From assembly GCF_009914755.1 (NCBI RefSeq), contig NC_060934.1: a DNA stretch of 64,000 nucleotides. One strand, given 5' to 3'. The position numbers and the translations under genes were made by a program. Below, piece after piece: positions 53,778-64,000 of the stretch. This DNA comes from the human T2T-CHM13v2.0 reference genome, Homo sapiens. Below the pieces are notes generated by a model. The model saw only the letters and a program-made list of their open reading frames with translations. It made no database searches and was not told the DNA's origin. Every line of letters begins with the position of its first letter. The stretch's first letter is position 1.

Positions 53778-56700
53778 CTAAAAGAAACTCCAAGCCCATA
53801 TATATCTATAGTGAATTTTATCAAATATTTAAGTAGAAAATAATACCAAACACAAATTCTTTCAAACCATAGAGGATGGAATACTTCCCAAGTTGTTTCA
53901 CAAGCTCAGCAGTACTGTGCTTAATAACACCAGGCAAACACAATATAAGAAGACTACAAACCAATGAAAAATCTCAGCAGACTCTTTTAAAAAACAGACA
54001 TCAACAAACTGATCCTAAAATTTATATGAAAATGAAAAGGACTTCCTAGAATACCCAAAACACTTTTTAAAAAATAACATATTTGGAGAACTTATGCTTC
54101 TTGATTTCAGGATTTACTACACAGCTACAGTAGTCAATAGAGTATGGTATTGGTATAAGGAAAGATATATGGATCAATGGAACAGAAGAAAGTCCCCAAG
54201 TAGCGGGACTATGCAACTGATTTTTTACAAAAGTGATAAGGTTATTCAGTGGGCAAAGAATTATATTTGTAAGAAAAGACATGAAAACAAAAAAATACCA
54301 GACTTCCAGTTTCTATTCCAGCATGTAAGGAGCTTGGGAATCATCGCTGTCATCCTCACAATAAGAAAACAGCTAAACAAACTGAAAACCAACAACTCTT
54401 CTTAGATTCATCAGAGAATTGAGGCCATGGGGCAAACTAATGCCTCCAAAACTGGAGAGATAGACAAGTGAAAACAGAGAATTACAACTTATCAGAGCAG
54501 AAACCCATCAGTAGAACCCTCTGTGGGAACTAGTACCAGATTACTTTTACCTGGTACATCAGATCTAGCTTCAACAACAATTTATAAGGCACACAAAAAG
54601 GAAAAAAATACAGCAAAGGCATAACAAGCACCAGACCTAGACACAAATACGACAGGGATATTGGAATTATCAGACCAGAACTTTAAAGCAAGTATGATTA
54701 ATATGCTAAGGTCTCTAAGGGAAAAAGTAGACAACGTGTAACAACAGATGGGTGATATAAGCAGAGAGATACAAATTCTAATAAAGAATCAAAAAGAAAT
54801 GCTAGGAATTAAAAACATTGTAACAGAAATTAAGAATGCCTTTGATAGGCTCATTAGCAGACTGGACACAGCAGAGGAAAGAATTTGTAAGTTTGAGGAT
54901 ATGACAATAGAACTTTCAAAACTAGAAAGCAAAGAGCAAAAAAGGCTGAAAGCAATTGAACAGAATATCCAAGCAGGACTACAAAAGGTATAATATGTGT
55001 ATAATAGTAATGTCAAAAGAAGAAGAAAGAAAGGAACAGAAGAAATATTTGAAGTAATAATGACTGACAATTTCCCAAAATTAAAGTCAGATACCAAACC
55101 ACAGATCCAGGAAGCACAGAGAACAGTGAGTAGGATAAATTCCAAAAAATCCACACCTAGGACTGTCTATTCAAACTGCAGAAAATCAAAGATAAAGAAA
55201 AATTTTGAAAGAAGGCAGAAGAAAAAAAAAACAAAACTCTTATCTATTGAAGAGCAAAGAAGGTAAGAATTACACCAGACTTCTCAGAAACCATTCACAC
55301 ACACAAAAAAAACAGAGTAGATTGAAATATTTAAACTGTTGAGAGAGAAACAAAATAAACAAACCAAAAAACCCATCAACCTAGAATTCTATATGCTGCC
55401 AAATTATCTTTCAAAAGTAAATACTTTCTCAGACAAGCAAAATTTGAGTGAATTTGTTGCCAGTATACATGCCTTGCAGAAAATGTTAAAATAAGTTCTT
55501 TAGAGAGAAGGAAAATGATACAGGTCAGACACTCAGATCTACATAAAGAAAGAATGCATAGAAGGATAAATGGAGGTAAAAAAAAAAAGCAACTTTTTCT
55601 TAATTGATACAACAGATAACAGTTTGTTCAAAATAACAGCAACAATGTATTCAATGATTATAGTTTATGGGTTGGTAAAATGAAAGACAGCAATGTTACA
55701 AGGGAAGAGAGAGAGGGGAAGGAATACTTTGTTATTACAAGGTACATGCATTGCCCATGAAACAGTGCAGTGTTATTTGAAAATGGAATTGGATTAGCTG
55801 TAAATGTATATTGCAAACTCCAGGGCAACCACTAAGAAAAGAAAAAAAAAAAGTATAATGATATGCTAAGAAAGAAGATAACATAGAATCATATAAAATG
55901 CCTGATTAAAACCACAAACAGCAGAAAAAGAGTGGAAAGCAAAACCAAGAATGAAAAACAAGGGCAATAACAGAAAACAGTAACAAATATGATAGAGAAA
56001 GCAAATGGATATCTATATGGACCTCAATTCCACCTCACATCATTCATAAAAAGGAACTCAAAACAGACGATATATCTGAACACAAAAGCTAAAACTATAA
56101 AACATCTAGAAGAAAACTGCAGAGAAAATATCTGCAGCCTTGTTGGCAGGCAAAGTTTCCTTAAACAAGTCATGTCAAGCACTAACTAGACAAGCAAAAA
56201 CTGATCAATCAGACTTTTACTCTTCAAAAGATACAATTAGGAAAATGAAAAGGCAAGATACCAACTGGGAAAATATTTTGCAACACAGATATCTGACAAA
56301 GCACTTGTGTCAAGAATTCATATGAAGAATTCTTAGAACTCAATAAGAAGACAAACAACCAGTAAAACTAGGCAAAAGATTCAAACAGGTGCTTTGCCAA
56401 AAAAGGCATATGCACATAACCAGATGATCAACATTTTCAACATTACTAGTTGTCGTGGAATTGCAAATTAAAGCAACAGTTGCCATTACATACTCACTAG
56501 AATTGCTCAAAGACCGATGATACCAAGTGTTGACAAGATATGGAACAAATGGAACTCTTATACACTCCTGGTGGCTAAAATGGTGCAAACACTTTGGAAA
56601 AGAATTTGGCAATTTCTTATATAGTAAAACATATACTTACCCTGACAATACAACAATACCAGTTCCAGGCATTAGCCCAAGGTAAATGAAAACATGTTCA

Positions 56701-57929
56701 CATGAATGTTCATAGCAGCTTTATTCATAAAATCCCCAAACTGGAAATAACCCAAATTCTATCAATTGGTGAACAGATAAACAAATTGTGGAATGTCCAT
56801 TCTCCAGAATACTACCCAGCAATGCAAAGGGCCGAACTACTCATGCAAGATACAACATGCATGGCACTACACAGAAAGTACATACTGCCTAATCACAATT
56901 TATAGGACATTCTAGAACATGCAAAACTAATCGATATTGATAAAATCAAATCAAATGTTGCCTGAGGCAGGGAGAGGGATTGATCAGGAAGGGGTATGAG
57001 GAGATTTTGAGGGGTGATGGAAATGTGTGATATCTTGGGTGTGGCAGTGTTTACACCACTGTACACACCTGTTAAAATTCACTGAACTGTACAGTGAAAA
57101 TGGGTGCATTTTGTAAATTGTTTCTCAATAACACTGATTTATATATATATATGAGTGGTTGGAAGAATAAATTCAGTATTTTCTTTAACAACCAAAACTG
57201 CTTAAGTACTACTTGTGAGCCAGGGAAGAAGGTAGGAACTTTCTCAGAGAACCCAGGAGAACTGGGTGCTAGCCTGGCACCGCCCCTATCTCCCAGGGTG
57301 GGCTTGGACAAATCACTAAGAATACAGTCAAAGGTGCAGGTCCAGGACCAAAAGCAAGGCCCTCTGTTGGGTGGGGGAGATATGTGAGTGACGGTTACAG
57401 CAGGCACCCTGAGGGGGCACCTGCAAGACGGAACAATGGCCAGTGGGCTGGGAAGTCCAGAAAGCCTTCCCCAAGGAGGAGACTTGTGCTGGCACTGCAG
57501 AATGAACAGGAGAGCACTGGGATTTACAAGTAAGTGGGGTATTCAGCCCCAGGGGAATAGCATGTGCCTGGGAACAAGGGCAAGAAGGGCCATGCACTGA
57601 AGCTCTCTGCTTGCAGAGCTGTTAGCGCAAACACCTGCTTCTGGGGGCCCCAGGGAAACCATCTGGAGCAGATGCTCCCAGAGACCAGGATGCTGACCCC
57701 TACTTCCCACAGACCAGGTACCACCTCCTCCAGAAAGCCATCCATGACTGCATCTGAGACTGTCAGACCAGGAGAGGCTGCAAAGAGACATTGTATGAAA
57801 GACCAAAAGCAAGACATTTCATTTCATTGTTGGATGGATGGGAGTCCATGAGAGAAAATGCTTCAGAGAGCATCTTGCACGGGGCCGAGCCTTCAGTAAA
57901 TGCTGGTTTCCTTAACGATCAGAAGGAAT

Positions 57930-58175
57930 GGGCTTCATTATCCCCATTTTATGCCGGGGAAAATGGAGGGGCTAAGAAAACCTAAGTGGTGGGCCTGAGG
58001 GGGCACGGCTTGTGAGTGGGGAGCTGAAGTGTCTCATTTCTCTACCCTTGCCCACATCCCAGGACCATATGACTTCACAACAGGAAAACCAAGGCCCAGC
58101 GAGGGCAAGTGACTGTCCAAGGTCACACAGTCACTGTCAGAACTCAGACTTGACCCCAGTCTCCTGATGCCAATG
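57930..58175 (-). mobile_element. Two MIR fragments
   Basis: 'attatccccattttatgccggggaaaatggagg' and 'ggcaagtgactgtccaaggtcacacag'. Confidence 0.7.
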
Positions 58176-59401
58176 CTGACCCCTCCCAATGAGCCTCAGC
58201 CTGGGACGTCACTCTGAGGCCCACACTCCAAGGGGTGAAGGAGCCCCCAGCAAGGCCTGGCTCTGCCTGCTGCCACCTTTGGGAGCAGTACACAGCTTTA
58301 GAAGGCCCACGGCAGGCTCTGCAGCTGAGCAGGGGCTGTGGGAAGGTGGTGAGGAGGGCCAGGACTTCTCCACACTGAGTGGAGGGCCTGGAGCCAGGTG
58401 CAGCTGGCCCTAAGCTGAAGGAGGAGGGATGAGGGATGGGAAGTGGGCAGCTCGGACCAGGAGGAGGGCAGCTTGGTGTCTCCAAGGCCCCACATGGAGC
58501 CCTTCACGTTGCAGCTGTGCCACTCCCCCCATTGTGCCTTCTGTTCCCCAAATGCGGTGGTCTTGCTGATCCAGAAGATATAAAAAAGGAAAAACTACAC
58601 ACGCTTTGACATCAACAAATCAGGGTTCTTGTCCCTGATCCACCAGTTCCAGGAAAGATGTCTTTAGACAATCAGAAATTCTCTAAGCCTCAATTTCCTC
58701 CTCTGTGCAATGGAGCTAATAGTACTATTACTGGAGCATAATGCTATACTCCCCATAAAAATCAGTCTTGATTTTCCTTTCTAGAAACGTAATTCTGACA
58801 ACCCACTATTGTTGAGCTTTGATCCCCCAGCCTCACTCAGGAAGGCAGGAGGCTCCTCAGTACTCTGGAAGGAGAAGCAGGGCCTTCAATCTCTACTTTG
58901 TCTTGGAGACTGCTGAGGCTCTTGTGGTCTGAGATGTGTGACCCTGATGTCCTGTGGTGCCCTGCTTCGCCAGGCCAAAGTTAGAGCCGAGGGTAGGTAA
59001 GGAAATGCAAAGCCTGGTCAGCAGGGGACCCTGGTATTAAAATCTATCAAATTCCTCCTGCAAGGAACGCTCCTCTGAGGCGAGTGGGGCAAGTGGGTGC
59101 ATGCAGCACAGCTCTGCGTCTGATGCACAGGGCTACTGGGAGGACAAAAAGAGAACCATGTGGGAGGCGCCTGCCCAATGCTGGCCCACAGAAGGGCCCT
59201 CCAATTGCCGGCACCCAAATCCTTTGGTCCCTGCAATCCCATGAGGCAGGCACTGCAAGAAATAAAGAGGCCCAGAGAGGATCAGAGCCTTGGAGAAGGA
59301 CACGCAGCAAAGCAGGTGCCCAGGGCATGTGGCACAGCACTCCTCCCCCTGCCCCAGAGACTGCCATCACCCTATCACCCAGGGAAAGAGTAAAGCTCGT
59401 A

Positions 59402-59719
59402 GGCCAGGTGCAGTGGCTGACCCCTGTGATCCCAGCACTTTGGGAGGTCGAGGTGGGCAGATCACTTGAGCTCAGGAGTTTGAGACCAGACTGGTTAACA
59501 TCGTGAAACCCCCATCTCTACTAAAAATACCACACACGCACACACACAAATCAGCCAGGCTGTGGTGATGCATGCCTGTAATCCCATATAATAGGGAGGC
59601 TGAGGCAGGAGATTGCCTGAATCTGGAAGGCAGAGGGTGTGGCGAGCCGAGATCATGCCACTGCACTCTAGACTGTACAGCAGAGCAAGACTTCATCTCA
59701 AAAAAAAAAAAAAAAAAAA
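59402..59719 (+). mobile_element. Alu with (CA)n in the middle linker
   Basis: TSD aaagagtaaagct on both sides. Confidence 0.95.
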
Positions 59720-62700
59720 GAGTAAAGCTGGTGCATTCTCAGGGTGTCTGGCTGCCAGCCTTGTAGGTGACGCAGGTCCCAATGAGAGTTACAATTAGAT
59801 CTCACTGGAGACGTATTTCTATTACCAGGGCTGAGCACGTGAGCCATGCAGCAGCGTCCCTTCTTTCGTTCGAGAGACTCTGCCCTGGCTGGAAGTTGAG
59901 TAAGGAAGCCTGGGATCTCGCCCTGGGCCTTAGTTTACTTGTCTGGGAAATGGTTATGGTGGCTGCAGTGTGGACTGTGAGACTCAACCCTTCCTTTTCC
60001 CTGCTGTTAAAAATCCTTTTGAAGAATAAGGTGGCCCCACCCTCTATATCTCCATCCAACAAATTTGGAAAAGGGGGAAACAGTAGAAGTTCTTCTTTCC
60101 TGGCCTCCTTGACCACTACTGTGGGTTATTCCCAGGAAACCCACACAGGTCATGGAGGACGTTCATCTTTAAGAAGACCTGTGCCATGTCAGAGCGACAT
60201 GTGTCAGAGGAATTACTCACTTGACAAAGAAGGTGCTTTTGTCAGAGGAGGAGGTGGCCCTCGGAGTTCCCTGACATCATACATCAGAGCCCCCCTCCCG
60301 TGTTCCTGCCCTAAGGGTCCCAAGGTAAGAGACAGACCTGGGAGGTGTGAGTCCTACACACAGCCCCAGTGCCCTGGTCTGAGGTAAAGGCTGGAGCGAG
60401 CTGGCTCAAGGGCTGGGGTTAGCACTAGGCAGCTTGAAACAAGAGCCTGGGAGAGTCCAGTGGGTGGAGGTCAGTGGGAAATGAAACTGCAGTTCTCAGC
60501 AGGGCCTGCCACAACCACCACTCTCAGACAAGGGGCTACCCTGGGCATGGGGAGGAAGGCACTCCTCCCCTACACTGGGCTGCTGGAGGAGTCCAGGGGC
60601 CGGGATCTCTGTCCTGGGCAGGAGCCAGGCCAGGCCAGGCCAGCTGAGACAGTCTCCCTCCATGACTCTTGCTCCTGGTGGGAGGTGGGTGGCCTTATTT
60701 TTCTGAAAAGGAAGTCAAAGCCTCCTTTGTTGGCCTCCCAGCCTCCACCTCTCCCCTGCAGCTCCTCCACCTCTCCCCTGAGCCCTCCTCCCTTCTGCTG
60801 CCTATAGAATCCTTTTAGAACATGGCCTCCATCACACTCTCCCTTGTTTACCCACCTACAGTAGCTCCCCATTGCTTCAGCAGGTCTCCCAGACGCGACT
60901 CAAGACTGAAACCTTCATTAAGGATGCAGGAGCCCCAGTCCCCGGTCTCACAGCCTCCAGAGTCTACTGGCTCTTGGGGACACTTCTCTGTGCTTCTTAT
61001 TTGATAGTTAAGCCATTTGATGCTCAGAGAGGCTAAGTAACTTGTTCAAGGTCACACAGCAGGAGGACTTGAAATTCAAATCCAGCCTACAGAGCTCAAG
61101 CCCTGTCCACAGAAGGGCCAACGGCCCAGGACAGATGCTTCAGGAAGCTGTGTTCCTTAGCTGGGTCGAGCCTGCCCTGTGTGGGTAAGAAAAATGGTAG
61201 GGTGGGAGCTTTGAAGACAGTGCCATGCCACTGGCAGAGCCCAGACCACAAATCCATAGGCTTGGACCCTGGCAACCTTGGCCGAGCCTCAGCTGTCTCC
61301 TGTGGAAAATGGAAAACAAAACCCCTGACCTCCCAGGTTTCTGCAGGAGTGTGGCTGGACGGTGGGTGAACCAGCCCAGCCCTGAGCAGGGTGCACAGGA
61401 GGTTTTCCTTCCACGTTCCTGGCTTTTGCACAGGATCCAGAGGCCCAGGGTCGTGGGTGCAGCCTCCACCAACCCCAAATCCAGCAGGGACCCAGTTGCC
61501 ACCCACACCCATGCCACACCCATGCCCACACCCACGGTGAGGCTTTGCAGGCCCAGTAAACAACCCCTTGCCCTCCTCCCCAGAAGGAAACTTTTTTAAA
61601 GCAACAGAAACAAACTTCTCTGTGTGCTGTGTGTGTTGGTGACAGGAAAAGGAACATCACTTCAGAGAGGAAAAGGCCACCGGGGTTGGGGGCAGGGCCA
61701 GGCAGAAGCAGCCAGAGGAGAGAAACAGAAACGGAGATCTGATAAGGGCGCCCTGCTCATCTGGGCTGGGGACAAGCGCTGCAAGGCTGGGGCCCTGGCA
61801 CTGGGGTGGGGAGGGGGTGGCGGCTCAGCCCCTCCTCAGCCCCTCCAACCGCTGAGCTGGGGGTGTGGGTCTGAGGTGGCCTGGGGTGGCTCGGCAAGGC
61901 TCCCCTCCTTTGGGGCAGGCCATTTCACTGGGTGTCTGCCCCCCACCCTGGATGGTGGGGAAGAGAAGTAAGGGCCTGGATTTGGGAACCAGCCAGGGGC
62001 TCTCAGGTTGGTGGTTTCCTTTCCCCAGCTTTGCTGCTGACCTACCCATGGTCTTGAGCCAGTCTCTCCCGCTCTGGGCTTCAGTGCTGCCCAGGTGACG
62101 GTGTTGACCATCTATGATGACACTGTCAGGACACAATGCTGAGTTGGTAATCTGGAGGTTCAGGGTGGTGGGCTTGCTGTGTGGCTCTGAGCAAGTGGCT
62201 TCAGCTAGGGTGAACAGGGCATTCCAGCTTAGCACTGAAAGTCCCGCATCCCAGGAAACCGCCCCCCGCCCCTCCCCTACCTCGTTCCTGGGCAAACTGT
62301 GCTGGTTGGCCACCCTTCAGCCTCTGGGCCGAGACTTCCTGGATGAGCCTGTACAGGTCTTTGCCAGCTCACTGCATGGCCCCCTCCAGGACTGAGGGTC
62401 GGACTTGCCTTCCTGGACAGACTCTGAGCCTGACTGGTGGGACAGGACAGACACCTGTCCTGGTGAACCCAGGCTGCTTCTGGGACAGGCAGGCTGCATG
62501 AGCAGGTATTAGAAATTGGGACCAGAGTGGGAACAGATAGAGGCGCTGGGGCAGGGGAGGAGACTTGGAGAGAGTGGTCCCAAGGGCCTGGACCTGAGGG
62601 GAGGGGTCTGATCAGCAGAGAAGAGCAGAGAAATATATTCCAGGGGAAGCCACAGATTGGGCAAAGCCTGGGAGGCCAGGTGGTAGGGCACGCGACGCCA

Positions 62701-62874
62701 AGCCCTGTGCTGAGCATCAGCTAGATGGCAGGCCCCAAATGGACTTCCAGGGCCTCTCAGTTGAATTTCTAAATCCACTGTCTCCACTCTCTGAATTCCT
62801 CTGGCCGTGTCCACTGCCAAACAATTTGCACCAAAAACAAACACATAAAAAAGAAAAACCCAACAAACAAGTTT

Positions 62875-62897
62875 CCCCCCCCCCGCCCCCCCCCCCG
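62875..62897 (+). repeat. C10-G-C11 homopolymer tract
   Basis: Direct read. Confidence 0.95.
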
Positions 62898-62918
62898 CAA
62901 ATAAAGATAGACTTTGCT

Positions 62919-63221
<303 letters not shown>

Positions 63222-63602
63222 GATAGACTTTTCCCAGAAACTAAAAGCCCCCAAGATGGGGCTCTGAAAGTGGATGGCTATGCTCCCATGCCTCCCTGAC
63301 TCTCTGTGCAGCCCAGCCAGCAGGGGCAGACCGCCCCAGGCAGAGGGCCTGCTTCAAATACCCTCAAGGCCTACCCACACCAAGGATGCAGATTGGCTTC
63401 TCCAGGCACTGCCCACTTGCTCAACCTCAGCCCTGCGAAGCATTTCACCAACTCCCCTGGTGGCAGGGAGTCACCTGCCCATCCTAGTTGTATGTGCCCA
63501 AGAGGCCTTGTCCCCAAGCCTCCACATCCTAGCTAGACAGCCCTAAACAAGTCACTTACCCTCTCTGAGCCTCAGTGACCTCATCTGCTAAAGAAAGATT
63601 AT

Positions 63603-64000
63603 GGAGATTTCTGCCCACCAGCAAGCGAGTCATCAGTTCTGCAGCAGATGCCAGCTGGGTGTCCCCTAATTCAATTCACTTCAAACACCATCCACCTGGA
63701 GATAGCATCAGATCCCACAGGGTGAGGATTCAGTCCCCTAACTCTGAGCCCCACTTCTGATGCCCACCGCAAACCCCAGGTTATTCTGCCTGTGCTTCTG
63801 ACCGTTCGTCTATGAATCGGGGTTCCCACAACCCCCTGCTTGGGTCTGATTAATTTGCCCGAGCGGCTCACAGAACTCTTGGAAAAATGTTTACTGGTTT
63901 ATAACAAAAGATATTTTAAAGGATACAAATAAACATCCAGATGAAGAGAGGCACAGGGCGAGGTCCGGAAGGGGTGCTCCCATGCCCTCTCTTGGAGTGC
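63603..64000 (-). mobile_element. MER21C/MER77-like LTR, runs off the window
   Basis: 'cacctggagatagcatcagatcccacagg...ggggttcccacaacccc...gattaatttgc...ggctcacagaactc'. Confidence 0.8.

Noticed and set aside
54094-55266. ORFs resembling L1 ORF1p and ORF2p
   Set aside because: Short broken remnants of decayed L1; not functional CDS.
59767-60387. 206-aa ORF with a hydrophobic stretch
   Set aside because: GTG start next to an Alu tail, with no family resemblance or promoter evidence.

Overview
This is primate (very probably human) non-coding genomic DNA, either intronic or intergenic. About half of it is recognisable interspersed repeat: roughly 20 Alus, many MIR and L2 relics, two long decayed L1 tracts, MLT1/MST/MER21 LTRs, and MER5/MER30/MER44 DNA transposons. 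No protein-coding gene, RNA gene or CpG island can be supported, and the ORF track reflects repeat-derived or chance frames. The main signals in the unique sequence are: (i) a set of candidate minus-strand exons with good splice signals (40794-40912, 39713-39896, ~38785-38930, 16799-16924), suggesting the 5'-UTR or lncRNA part of a transcription unit; (ii) several AT-rich blocks dense in transcription-factor motifs that resemble conserved developmental enhancers; (iii) a 116-bp copy of nearby unique DNA inserted inside an Alu; and (iv) deeply nested transposons. I see no evidence for a new multi-gene system. Repeat subfamily names come from recalled consensus sequences, not from a database search, and boundaries of old repeats are approximate.
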